From: Escherichia coli
GTDB lineage: Bacteria; Pseudomonadota; Gammaproteobacteria; Enterobacterales; Enterobacteriaceae
Strand: one strand, 5' to 3'
Length of the DNA: 64,000 bases
Assembly (NCBI RefSeq): GCF_044324785.1
Contig: NZ_CP172127.1
This document shows positions 10,315 to 20,503 of this stretch, piece by piece. Made by a program: the position numbers and the translations under genes. The notes under the pieces are model-generated. The model saw nothing but the letters and a program-made list of their open reading frames with translations, did not search any database and was not told the DNA's origin. How positions within the stretch are numbered: the first letter of the stretch is position 1; every line of letters starts with the position of its first letter.

Positions 10315-12291
10315 ATGTCTGACGACATGTCTATGGGTTTGCCTTCGTCAGCGGGCGAACACGGTGTACTACGCTCCATGCAGGAGGTTGCAATGAGCTC
10401 CCAGGAAGCCAGCAAGATGCTGCGTACTTACAATATTGCCTGGTGGGGCAATAACTACTATGACGTTAACGAGCTGGGCCACATTAGCGTGTGCCCGGAC
10501 CCGGACGTCCCGGAAGCTCGCGTCGATCTCGCGCAGTTAGTGAAAACTCGTGAAGCACAGGGCCAGCGTCTGCCTGCACTGTTCTGTTTCCCACAGATCC
10601 TGCAGCACCGTTTGCGTTCCATTAACGCCGCGTTCAAACGAGCGCGGGAATCCTACGGCTATAACGGCGATTACTTCCTCGTTTATCCGATCAAAGTTAA
10701 CCAGCACCGCCGCGTGATTGAGTCCCTGATTCATTCGGGCGAACCGCTGGGCCTGGAGGCCGGTTCCAAAGCGGAGTTGATGGCGGTGCTGGCACATGCT
10801 GGCATGACCCGTAGCGTCATCGTCTGCAACGGTTATAAGGACCGCGAATATATCCGCCTGGCATTAATTGGCGAGAAGATGGGCCACAAGGTCTATCTGG
10901 TCATTGAGAAGATGTCAGAAATTGCCATTGTGCTGGATGAAGCAGAACGTCTGAATGTCGTTCCTCGTCTGGGCGTGCGTGCACGTCTGGCTTCGCAGGG
11001 CTCGGGTAAATGGCAGTCCTCTGGCGGGGAAAAATCGAAGTTCGGCCTGGCGGCGACTCAGGTACTGCAACTGGTTGAAACGCTGCGTGAAGCCGGGCGT
11101 CTCGACAGCCTGCAACTGCTGCACTTCCACCTCGGTTCGCAGATGGCGAATATTCGCGATATCGCGACAGGCGTTCGTGAATCCGCGCGTTTCTATGTTG
11201 AGCTGCACAAGCTGGGCGTCAATATTCAGTGCTTCGACGTCGGCGGCGGTCTGGGCGTGGACTATGAAGGCACCCGTTCGCAGTCCGACTGTTCGGTGAA
11301 CTACGGCCTCAATGAATACGCCAACAACATCATCTGGGCGATTGGTGATGCGTGTGAAGAAAATGGTCTGCCGCATCCGACGGTAATCACCGAATCGGGT
11401 CGTGCGGTGACTGCGCATCACACCGTGCTGGTGTCGAATATCATCGGCGTGGAACGTAACGAATACACGGTGCCGACCGCGCCTGCAGAAGACGCACCGC
11501 GCGCCCTGCAAAGCATGTGGGAAACCTGGCAGGAGATGCACGAACCGGGAACTCGCCGTTCTCTGCGTGAATGGTTACACGACAGCCAGATGGATCTGCA
11601 CGATATTCATATCGGCTACTCTTCCGGCACCTTTAGCCTGCAAGAACGCGCATGGGCTGAGCAGCTTTATTTGAGCATGTGCCATGAAGTGCAAAAGCAG
11701 CTGGATCCGCAAAACCGTGCTCATCGTCCGATTATCGACGAGCTGCAGGAACGTATGGCGGACAAAATGTACGTCAACTTCTCGCTGTTCCAGTCGATGC
11801 CGGATGCGTGGGGGATCGACCAGTTGTTCCCGGTTCTGCCGCTGGAAGGGCTGGATCAAGTGCCGGAACGCCGCGCTGTGCTGCTGGATATTACCTGTGA
11901 CTCTGACGGTGCTATTGATCACTATATTGATGGTGATGGTATTGCCACGACAATGCCAATGCCGGAGTACGATCCAGAGAATCCGCCGATGCTCGGTTTC
12001 TTCATGGTCGGCGCATATCAGGAGATCCTCGGCAACATGCACAACCTGTTCGGTGATACCGAAGCGGTTGACGTGTTCGTCTTCCCTGACGGCAGCGTAG
12101 AAGTAGAACTGTCTGACGAAGGCGATACCGTGGCGGATATGCTGCAATATGTACAGCTCGATCCGAAAACGTTGTTAACCCAGTTCCGTGATCAAGTGAA
12201 GAAAACCGATCTTGATGCTGAACTGCAACAACAGTTCCTTGAAGAGTTCGAGGCAGGTTTGTACGGTTATACCTATCTTGAAGATGAATAA
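10315..12291 (+). CDS. speA: biosynthetic arginine decarboxylase
   Basis: Start at [49 protein letters not shown] (658 aa). Confidence 0.96.
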
Positions 12292-12308
12292 TTAAGATTA
12301 TTCCGCTG

Positions 12309-12349
12309 GCGGGTCGATTTATTTACGTAAATCGGCCCGCTTTCTTTTT
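12309..12349 (+). terminator. speA intrinsic terminator
   Basis: 13-bp stem gcgggtcgattta / taaatcggcccgc followed by tttcttttt. Confidence 0.8.
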
Positions 12350-12436
12350 ATATATTCTTAAAAATAATTTAGCTGCTTTTCTTATTAAATAATCCCCCTA
12401 CAATCGCTGCATTAATTAAATACAGAGGGAACGGTT

Positions 12437-13168
12437 ATGAAAAAATGGAAAGTACGTAGCGCGTTGATAGCATTAGTCGTGCTGCTGACCGGTTGTTCCA
12501 GTAATGCGCAGTATAATAGCAGTACATCGGGCAATGTCGGCACCGCCTGGGGTGGGGATGTGCACTCATCGGTTCAGGGCGTATCTGCTGAGCGAGCCTG
12601 GCGCGATCCGGCAGAGATGATCGTTATTAGTTATTCGACTACTGTTCCTTCGGGCTACGACCGCGTTTATAGCATTCGTATTAACGAACTGGAATATGCT
12701 ATTCGCGATGGTAATTTTAATTCTCTACCTATTACGCGGGTTTATGATTCATCCAATAATGAACCACGCTATATTGTCCATGCCAGAATCGGAATGAATT
12801 ATCAATTATATATCCGTAATTACAGTCGTAACACCAACTACGAGATCGTTGCTACGGTTGATGGCCTGGATGTGCTGAACGGCAAGCAAGGTTCGCTGAA
12901 TAACAATGGCTATATTGTGAATGCCGGAGATTCGTTAGCGATTAAAGGATTCCGCAAAGATAAACATACCGAAGCGGCTTTTCAGTTCGCCAACGTTGCT
13001 GATTCCTACGCAGCCAATTCGGCGCAAGGCGATGTGCGTAATACCGGGGTAATCGGCTTTGCCGCCTTTGAATTACAAGGCCCGGCGCAAAACGCGATGC
13101 CACCGTGCTCTGGACAAGCCTTTCCGGCAGATAACAATGGCTATGCACCGCCACCGTGCCGGAAATAG
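12437..13168 (+). CDS. predicted lipoprotein of unknown function (243 aa); not recalled at this locus in K-12
   Basis: ORF with SD gagggaa; N-terminus MKKWKVRSALIALVVLLTGCSSN has a signal peptide and lipobox LTG-C; AT-rich upstream region; own terminator downstream. Confidence 0.7.
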   Translation: MKKWKVRSALIALVVLLTGCSSNAQYNSSTSGNVGTAWGGDVHSSVQGVSAERAWRDPAEMIVISYSTTVPSGYDRVYSIRINELEYAIRDGNFNSLPITRVYDSSNNEPRYIVHARIGMNYQLYIRNYSRNTNYEIVATVDGLDVLNGKQGSLNNNGYIVNAGDSLAIKGFRKDKHTEAAFQFANVADSYAANSAQGDVRNTGVIGFAAFELQGPAQNAMPPCSGQAFPADNNGYAPPPCRK

Positions 13169-13235
13169 CAACCTCGCTTGATGCCTCGTCCATTTAAGGC
13201 GATAATTAGCGCAAACTTGTGTTTCGCAAATCCAA

Positions 13236-13275
13236 CCCTTCCTCGTCGGGCCTAACGACGCGGAAGGGTTTTTTT
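13236..13275 (+). terminator. intrinsic terminator after the lipoprotein gene
   Basis: cccttcctcgtcg ... cgacgcggaaggg hairpin followed by ttttttt, just upstream of the speB RBS. Confidence 0.8.
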
Positions 13276-13303
13276 ATATCGACTTTGTAATAGGAGTCCA
13301 TCC

Positions 13304-14224
13304 ATGAGCACCTTAGGTCATCAATACGATAACTCACTGGTTTCCAACGCCTTTGGTTTTTTACGCCTGCCGATGAACTTCCAGCCATATGACAGCGATG
13401 CTGACTGGGTGATTACTGGCGTGCCGTTCGATATGGCCACTTCTGGTCGTGCGGGGGGACGCCACGGTCCGGCAGCGATCCGTCAGGTTTCGACGAATCT
13501 GGCCTGGGAACACAATCGCTTCCCGTGGAATTTCGACATGCGTGAGCGCCTGAATGTCGTGGACTGCGGCGATCTGGTATATGCCTTCGGCGATGCCCGT
13601 GAGATGAGCGAGAAGCTGCAGGCGCACGCCGAGAAGCTGCTGGCTGCTGGTAAGCGTATGCTCTCCTTCGGTGGTGACCACTTTGTTACGCTGCCGCTGC
13701 TGCGTGCTCATGCGAAGCATTTCGGCAAAATGGCGCTGGTACACTTTGACGCCCACACCGACACCTATGCGAACGGTTGTGAATTTGACCACGGGACCAT
13801 GTTCTATACCGCGCCGAAAGAAGGTCTGATCGACCCGAATCATTCCGTGCAGATTGGTATTCGTACTGAGTTCGATAAAGACAACGGCTTTACCGTGCTG
13901 GACGCCTGCCAGGTGAACGATCGCAGCGTGGATGACGTTATCGCTCAGGTGAAACAGATTGTAGGTGATATGCCGGTTTACCTGACTTTTGATATCGACT
14001 GTCTGGATCCTGCTTTCGCGCCGGGAACTGGTACGCCGGTGATTGGCGGCCTGACCTCTGATCGCGCCATTAAACTGGTACGCGGCCTGAAAGATCTCAA
14101 CATTGTTGGGATGGACGTAGTGGAAGTGGCTCCGGCATACGATCAGTCGGAAATCACCGCTCTGGCTGCGGCGACGCTGGCGCTGGAGATGCTGTATATT
14201 CAGGCAGCGAAAAAGGGCGAGTAA
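13304..14224 (+). CDS. speB: agmatinase
   Basis: 306-aa [38 protein letters not shown]... Confidence 0.96.
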   Translation: MSTLGHQYDNSLVSNAFGFLRLPMNFQPYDSDADWVITGVPFDMATSGRAGGRHGPAAIRQVSTNLAWEHNRFPWNFDMRERLNVVDCGDLVYAFGDAREMSEKLQAHAEKLLAAGKRMLSFGGDHFVTLPLLRAHAKHFGKMALVHFDAHTDTYANGCEFDHGTMFYTAPKEGLIDPNHSVQIGIRTEFDKDNGFTVLDACQVNDRSVDDVIAQVKQIVGDMPVYLTFDIDCLDPAFAPGTGTPVIGGLTSDRAIKLVRGLKDLNIVGMDVVEVAPAYDQSEITALAAATLALEMLYIQAAKKGE

Positions 14225-14271
14225 GCGCCGGATAAGATGCGTTATGCGTCAAATCCGGCGTAATAAAATGC

Positions 14272-15030
14272 TTACTTAACTCCATCCGCGCTCATACGAT
14301 CGCGAATATGCTGGGCGCGTTCGGCGGATGCTGGATGGTCGTCAAACATTGAGCTTTGACGGCCTTCTTCCAGCTTCGCCAGTTTTTCAAAGCTGGTGGC
14401 AAGACCTGCCGGGCTGATGCCGCGTTGGCGCAGAAGATCGTAAGAATAATCATCGGCTTCTGCTTCCTGGCGCTGGGAGAATTGCGAATTGACTAATTTC
14501 TCGCCCAGATCACCGAGTTGTGATTGCGATAAACTGCCGACAATCCCGCCCGCAGAGGCCGCAGCTACTCGTACGGCATTTGTACCAAGTGCCACCTGCA
14601 TCCCTTTCTTCACATGGCCTAACGCTACGTGCCCCATCTCGTGACCGATCACCGCTTCGACTTCGTTATCTGTCATCATATCCATCAGCCCGCTATAGAC
14701 GCGGATACAGCCGTTAGCCATTGCAAAGGCGTTCACATCCTTCGCCATATACACTTTGTAATTCACCGGCTGACCGTTGATATTGTTGCCTAGCGCATTG
14801 GCAATAGTTGTCAGACGTTTAGCGTATTCGCTATTGGCTGGCGCAATCGTCGCCTTGCTGTCCATCTCCTGACATGCCTGATCGCTCAGGGTTTTCACCT
14901 GCGCATCACTCAAACTGTAAGCCTGAAAAGCTTCCGCTCCTGATGAGAGCAGTCCGTTGGAGTCCATATTCTGGCAACCGGTCAGTACCGTTGCCACGCT
15001 CATTGCTACCAATAAGGCGCGAATTTTCAT
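14272..15030 (-). CDS. loiP: outer-membrane metalloprotease LoiP (YggG), lipoprotein
   Basis: Start at MKIRALLVAMSVATVLTGC (252 aa); HEMGH zinc motif. Confidence 0.92.
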   Translation of the reverse strand: MKIRALLVAMSVATVLTGCQNMDSNGLLSSGAEAFQAYSLSDAQVKTLSDQACQEMDSKATIAPANSEYAKRLTTIANALGNNINGQPVNYKVYMAKDVNAFAMANGCIRVYSGLMDMMTDNEVEAVIGHEMGHVALGHVKKGMQVALGTNAVRVAAASAGGIVGSLSQSQLGDLGEKLVNSQFSQRQEAEADDYSYDLLRQRGISPAGLATSFEKLAKLEEGRQSSMFDDHPASAERAQHIRDRMSADGVK

Positions 15031-15307
15031 GTTTTCTCTTCCGCACAAGGTCAGGATTATTCTAAAAATGCGCCGTTTGCAGGTGAATCGACGCTTAGTC
15101 TCAGTATAAGGAAAAGCGCAGCGGACGGGCGAGTAGATTGCGCAACATGCGAGCATGATCCAGAGATTTCTGAAGCAGCAAAAGGATGTTCCATGTACAT
15201 GACGCGCGGCTTGCGGTAAATTGTTGGCAAATTTTCCGGCGTAGCCCAAAACGCGCTGTCGTCAAGTCGTTAAGGGCGTGCCCTTCATCATCCGATCTGG
15301 AGTCAAA

Positions 15308-17299
15308 ATGTCCTCACGTAAAGAGCTTGCCAATGCTATTCGTGCGCTGAGCATGGACGCAGTACAGAAAGCCAAATCCGGTCACCCGGGTGCCCCTATG
15401 GGTATGGCTGACATTGCCGAAGTCCTGTGGCGTGATTTCCTGAAACACAACCCGCAGAATCCGTCCTGGGCTGACCGTGACCGCTTCGTGCTGTCCAACG
15501 GCCACGGCTCCATGCTGATCTACAGCCTGCTGCACCTCACCGGTTACGATCTGCCGATGGAAGAACTGAAAAACTTCCGTCAGCTGCACTCTAAAACTCC
15601 GGGTCACCCGGAAGTGGGTTACACCGCTGGTGTGGAAACCACTACTGGTCCGCTGGGTCAGGGTATTGCCAACGCAGTCGGTATGGCGATTGCAGAAAAA
15701 ACGCTGGCGGCGCAGTTTAACCGTCCGGGCCACGACATTGTCGACCACTACACCTACGCCTTCATGGGCGACGGCTGCATGATGGAAGGCATCTCCCACG
15801 AGGTTTGCTCTCTGGCGGGTACGCTGAAGCTGGGTAAACTGATTGCGTTCTACGATGACAACGGTATCTCTATCGATGGTCACGTTGAAGGCTGGTTTAC
15901 TGACGACACCGCAATGCGTTTCGAAGCTTACGGCTGGCACGTTATTCGCGGCATCGACGGTCATGACGCGGCATCCATCAAACGCGCAGTAGAAGAAGCG
16001 CGCGCAGTGACTGACAAACCGTCCCTGCTGATGTGCAAAACCATCATCGGTTTCGGTTCACCGAACAAAGCCGGTACGCACGACTCCCACGGTGCGCCGC
16101 TGGGCGACGCTGAAATCGCCCTGACCCGCGAACAGCTGGGCTGGAAATATGCACCGTTCGAAATCCCGTCTGAAATCTATGCTCAGTGGGATGCGAAAGA
16201 AGCAGGCCAGGCGAAAGAATCCGCATGGAACGAGAAATTCGCAGCTTACGCGAAAGCTTATCCGCAGGAAGCCGCTGAATTTACCCGCCGTATGAAAGGC
16301 GAAATGCCGTCTGACTTCGACGCTAAAGCGAAAGAGTTCATCGCTAAACTGCAGGCTAACCCGGCGAAAATCGCCAGCCGTAAAGCGTCTCAGAATGCGA
16401 TTGAAGCGTTCGGTCCGCTGTTGCCGGAATTCCTCGGCGGCTCTGCTGACCTGGCACCGTCTAACCTGACCCTGTGGTCTGGTTCTAAAGCAATCAACGA
16501 AGATGCTGCGGGTAACTACATCCACTACGGTGTTCGCGAGTTCGGTATGACCGCGATTGCTAACGGTATCTCCCTGCACGGTGGCTTCCTGCCGTACACC
16601 TCCACCTTCCTGATGTTCGTGGAATACGCACGTAACGCCGTACGTATGGCTGCGCTGATGAAACAGCGTCAGGTGATGGTTTACACCCACGACTCCATCG
16701 GTCTGGGCGAAGATGGCCCGACTCACCAGCCGGTAGAGCAGGTTGCTTCTCTGCGCGTGACCCCGAACATGTCTACATGGCGTCCATGTGACCAGGTTGA
16801 ATCTGCAGTGGCATGGAAATACGGTGTTGAGCGTCAGGACGGCCCGACTGCGCTTATCCTCTCCCGTCAGAACCTGGCGCAGCAGGAGCGTACTGAAGAG
16901 CAGCTGGCAAACATCGCGCGCGGTGGTTATGTGCTGAAAGACTGTGCCGGTCAGCCGGAACTGATCTTCATCGCGACCGGTTCGGAAGTTGAACTGGCGG
17001 TTGCCGCCTACGAAAAACTGACTGCCGAAGGCGTGAAGGCGCGCGTGGTTTCCATGCCGTCTACCGACGCATTCGACAAGCAGGATGCGGCTTACCGTGA
17101 ATCCGTACTGCCGAAAGCGGTTACTGCACGCGTTGCGGTGGAAGCTGGCATTGCTGACTACTGGTACAAGTATGTTGGCCTGAACGGTGCTATCGTCGGC
17201 ATGACCACCTTCGGTGAGTCTGCCCCGGCAGAACTGCTGTTTGAAGAGTTCGGCTTCACCGTTGACAACGTTGTTGCGAAAGCAAAAGAACTGCTGTAA
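15308..17299 (+). CDS. tktA: transketolase 1
   Basis: Start at [35 protein letters not shown] (663 aa). Confidence 0.97.
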   Translation: MSSRKELANAIRALSMDAVQKAKSGHPGAPMGMADIAEVLWRDFLKHNPQNPSWADRDRFVLSNGHGSMLIYSLLHLTGYDLPMEELKNFRQLHSKTPGHPEVGYTAGVETTTGPLGQGIANAVGMAIAEKTLAAQFNRPGHDIVDHYTYAFMGDGCMMEGISHEVCSLAGTLKLGKLIAFYDDNGISIDGHVEGWFTDDTAMRFEAYGWHVIRGIDGHDAASIKRAVEEARAVTDKPSLLMCKTIIGFGSPNKAGTHDSHGAPLGDAEIALTREQLGWKYAPFEIPSEIYAQWDAKEAGQAKESAWNEKFAAYAKAYPQEAAEFTRRMKGEMPSDFDAKAKEFIAKLQANPAKIASRKASQNAIEAFGPLLPEFLGGSADLAPSNLTLWSGSKAINEDAAGNYIHYGVREFGMTAIANGISLHGGFLPYTSTFLMFVEYARNAVRMAALMKQRQVMVYTHDSIGLGEDGPTHQPVEQVASLRVTPNMSTWRPCDQVESAVAWKYGVERQDGPTALILSRQNLAQQERTEEQLANIARGGYVLKDCAGQPELIFIATGSEVELAVAAYEKLTAEGVKARVVSMPSTDAFDKQDAAYRESVLPKAVTARVAVEAGIADYWYKYVGLNGAIVGMTTFGESAPAELLFEEFGFTVDNVVAKAKELL

Positions 17300-17321
17300 T
17301 CGGTAAGATGCTTTGTGAGAA

Positions 17322-17346
17322 GGGCCGCGAAAGCGGCCCTTTTTTT
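17322..17346 (+). terminator. tktA intrinsic terminator
   Basis: gggccgcgaaagcggccc followed by ttttttt; overlaps the stop codon of the convergent SPFH gene. Confidence 0.85.
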
Positions 17347-18253
17347 ACTTAGTAGAGATAAACGGAACTGTACTGCCGGGGATCATGGTATCGGGTAGCT
17401 TACCGTCCCAACGCTCAGCAGTGGTGAGGGCAACAAGTCCGGGATTATCCCGCAGAGCTTCACCGCGCAGGCGGATCGCTTCTGCTTCAGCCGCACTTTT
17501 TAAACGAATAGTTTCAGCCTCTGCCGCGCCTCTTACGCGAATAGTCTCAGCTTCTGCTTTGGCTGCCGCCAGTTTACTGTCTGCTTCTGCCTGGGCCTGA
17601 GTTACCGCTATTTGCGCCTGGATTTTCTCTGTTTCCAGATTTTGCTTACGCGTGGCAATGGCGACTTCTGCTTTCATTCGGTCTTCAATCGACTTTTCAT
17701 AAGCGTCAGAAAAATCAATATTTTCAATCTGGACCCCGTCAATTACCACTGGCCCAACAACGGCTTTGCGCATGGCATTTTGCAGATCCTGAACCAGTTT
17801 TGTACGATCCTGTACCGCGCTGATGGCGGTATATTGGCCGAAAACGTTCTCCAGTTGAGTTGGCAACTGACGGACAATCAGACGATCTTTTAATGCTTCA
17901 ATGGTGTTGTAGGTGGTATAAACCGCGCCTGCTTCTGAAGGTTTAATGTGGAAGCTGACTGATACTGTCATTTGTGCCGGTTGCTGGTCGCGGCTGTAGG
18001 CCTGTAATCCCTGATAGACCACAGCCTGATTACGCGTGGAAATTTTCTCCACGCTTTCCATAAACGGGATCTTAAAACCCAGACCCGGCTCGGCAACTTT
18101 TACGATTTTTCCGTAGCGCAGCAAAATGCCGCGTTCACCTTCATTAACGGTGTAATACGAGAGAAATGGCAGCACAACCACGGCAAGCACGCCAATGGCG
18201 ATAGCAAGAGATTTTTGTGGGCGAAATGAGGTTAATGAAACAGGTGCTTTCAT
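17345..18253 (-). CDS. SPFH/band-7 (prohibitin/HflC-like) membrane protein, 302 aa; not recalled at this locus in K-12
   Basis: Start taken at MKAPVSLTSFRPQKSLAIAIGVLAVVVLPFL, preceded by aaggaag; N-terminal TM helix, SPFH-like core, Ala/Glu-rich C-terminal repeats. Confidence 0.75.
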   Translation of the reverse strand: MKAPVSLTSFRPQKSLAIAIGVLAVVVLPFLSYYTVNEGERGILLRYGKIVKVAEPGLGFKIPFMESVEKISTRNQAVVYQGLQAYSRDQQPAQMTVSVSFHIKPSEAGAVYTTYNTIEALKDRLIVRQLPTQLENVFGQYTAISAVQDRTKLVQDLQNAMRKAVVGPVVIDGVQIENIDFSDAYEKSIEDRMKAEVAIATRKQNLETEKIQAQIAVTQAQAEADSKLAAAKAEAETIRVRGAAEAETIRLKSAAEAEAIRLRGEALRDNPGLVALTTAERWDGKLPDTMIPGSTVPFISTK

Positions 18254-18629
18254 ATGAATCTTCCTTGAGTAAAGTGGGGAATATGTCACATGAGGTAAGG
18301 AGAAAATAGCCGACAGGTGAGAATTCAGAATCTATAAAGGGGTATAGCGAAAAAACGTTGCATTAAAAAAGTATGTTTTCGGATATTCAATAAATAAATG
18401 GCGATATGCATCACAAATACAATAACTAACAAAATGTTGATTTTGTGATAAACATAACAAATACAAAGTTGACTTTAAAAATATCAATTTCATATTGTTG
18501 TTATTTAAGGTTTTATTATTTTGGTTTATGGGGTTTTTCTTCTCGCGTACCCAATTGCTTTCATTAAACCGCACGAGTATTTTATTTTTACCGCCGGACG
18601 GTACCCTAAAAATAAAATAAGGATAATTT

Positions 18630-19073
18630 ATGCGGCTTAGTGATTATTTTCCAGAATCATCAATCTCAGTTATACATTCAGCAAAAGATTGGCAGGAAGC
18701 TATCGATTTCTCGATGGCATCATTGCTGGATAAAAACTATATCAGCGAGAATTACATTCAGGCAATTAAAGATTCCACCATTAACAATGGCCCTTATTAT
18801 ATTCTCGCGCCAGGTGTGGCAATGCCTCATGCGCGACCGGAATGTGGGGCGCTTAAAACCGGGATGTCTTTGACGTTACTTAAACAAGGCGTTTATTTTC
18901 CGGGGAATGACGAACCGATTAAATTACTCATCGGGCTTTCTGCTGCCGATGCCGATTCGCACATTGGCGCTATTCAGGCGTTAAGTGAATTACTGTGCGA
19001 AGAAGAAATACTCGAACAACTCTTAACAGCATCATCAGAAAAACAATTAGCGGACATTATCAGCTGCGGATAA
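18630..19073 (+). CDS. cmtB: cryptic mannitol-type PTS enzyme IIA
   Basis: 147-aa ORF MRLSDYFPESSISVIHSAKDWQEAIDF... Confidence 0.9.
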   Translation: MRLSDYFPESSISVIHSAKDWQEAIDFSMASLLDKNYISENYIQAIKDSTINNGPYYILAPGVAMPHARPECGALKTGMSLTLLKQGVYFPGNDEPIKLLIGLSAADADSHIGAIQALSELLCEEEILEQLLTASSEKQLADIISCG

Positions 19074-19100
19074 TGACTCTCTCCTCTACAGGATAATATT

Positions 19101-20489
19101 ATGGAAAACAAGTCTGCTCGTGCAAAGGTCCAGGCTTTTGGGGGCTTTTTGACGGCAATGGTCATCCCCAATATCGGTGCTTTTATTGCCTGGGGTTTTA
19201 TTACTGCATTATTTATTCCTACTGGTTGGCTGCCGAATGAACATTTCGCCAAAATTGTCGGCCCGATGATTACCTATTTATTGCCCGTGATGATTGGTTC
19301 TACCGGTGGTCATCTGGTCGGCGGTAAACGCGGCGCGGTCATGGGCGGAATTGGTACGATTGGTGTGATCGTCGGCGCAGAGATCCCGATGTTCCTTGGC
19401 TCAATGATTATGGGGCCGCTCGGTGGGCTGGTCATAAAATATGTCGATAAGGCACTGGAAAAACGCATACCTGCTGGTTTTGAGATGGTTATCAATAACT
19501 TCTCATTAGGTATCGCGGGGATGCTCCTTTGTCTGCTGGGTTTTGAAGTGATCGGCCCGGCGGTGTTAATTGCCAATACTTTCGTCAAAGAGTGTATTGA
19601 GGCGCTGGTACATGCGGGTTATCTGCCTCTGCTGTCAGTCATCAATGAACCGGCGAAAGTGCTTTTCCTTAATAATGCGATCGATCAGGGCGTCTATTAT
19701 CCGCTGGGAATGCAACAGGCTTCGGTTAACGGTAAATCCATCTTCTTTATGGTGGCCTCTAACCCAGGTCCGGGCCTGGGGCTGCTGCTGGCGTTTACCT
19801 TGTTTGGTAAAGGGATGAGTAAACGTTCTGCGCCCGGGGCGATGATTATTCACTTCCTCGGTGGGATCCACGAACTGTATTTCCCATATGTGCTGATGAA
19901 GCCGCTGACTATTATTGCCATGATTGCGGGCGGTATGTCTGGCACCTGGATGTTTAACTTACTGGACGGTGGTCTGGTGGCTGGCCCAAGTCCGGGGTCT
20001 ATCTTTGCTTACCTGGCGCTGACGCCGAAAGGTTCGTTCCTGGCGACAATTGCCGGTGTTACGGTAGGTACCCTGGTGTCCTTTGCTATCACTTCGCTGA
20101 TACTGAAGATGGAAAAAACGGTGGAAACGGAGAGCGAAGATGAGTTTGCTCAGTCAGCCAATGCGGTTAAGGCGATGAAACAAGAGGGTGCATTCTCGTT
20201 AAGCCGGGTTAAGCGTATCGCCTTTGTTTGCGATGCGGGGATGGGCTCCAGCGCGATGGGCGCAACCACCTTCCGTAAACGTCTGGAAAAAGCGGGGCTG
20301 GCAATTGAAGTAAAACATTACGCGATAGAAAACGTGCCTGCGGATGCGGATATCGTTGTTACTCATGCCAGTCTGGAAGGGCGCGTGAAACGTGTGACGG
20401 ATAAACCGCTGATACTGATTAATAACTATATTGGCGATCCAAAACTCGACACTTTATTTAATCAATTAACCGCCGAACATAAAAACTGA
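19101..20489 (+). CDS. cmtA: cryptic mannitol-type PTS enzyme IICB
   Basis: 462-aa polytopic membrane ORF following cmtB. Confidence 0.9.
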   Translation: MENKSARAKVQAFGGFLTAMVIPNIGAFIAWGFITALFIPTGWLPNEHFAKIVGPMITYLLPVMIGSTGGHLVGGKRGAVMGGIGTIGVIVGAEIPMFLGSMIMGPLGGLVIKYVDKALEKRIPAGFEMVINNFSLGIAGMLLCLLGFEVIGPAVLIANTFVKECIEALVHAGYLPLLSVINEPAKVLFLNNAIDQGVYYPLGMQQASVNGKSIFFMVASNPGPGLGLLLAFTLFGKGMSKRSAPGAMIIHFLGGIHELYFPYVLMKPLTIIAMIAGGMSGTWMFNLLDGGLVAGPSPGSIFAYLALTPKGSFLATIAGVTVGTLVSFAITSLILKMEKTVETESEDEFAQSANAVKAMKQEGAFSLSRVKRIAFVCDAGMGSSAMGATTFRKRLEKAGLAIEVKHYAIENVPADADIVVTHASLEGRVKRVTDKPLILINNYIGDPKLDTLFNQLTAEHKN

Positions 20490-20503
20490 TTGCCGAGGTA
20501 AAA

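Noticed and set aside
18332-18574. 80-aa ORF in the AT-rich tract upstream of cmtB
   Set aside because: Low-complexity Asn/Lys/Leu-rich translation of AT-rich DNA with no SD; most likely non-coding.
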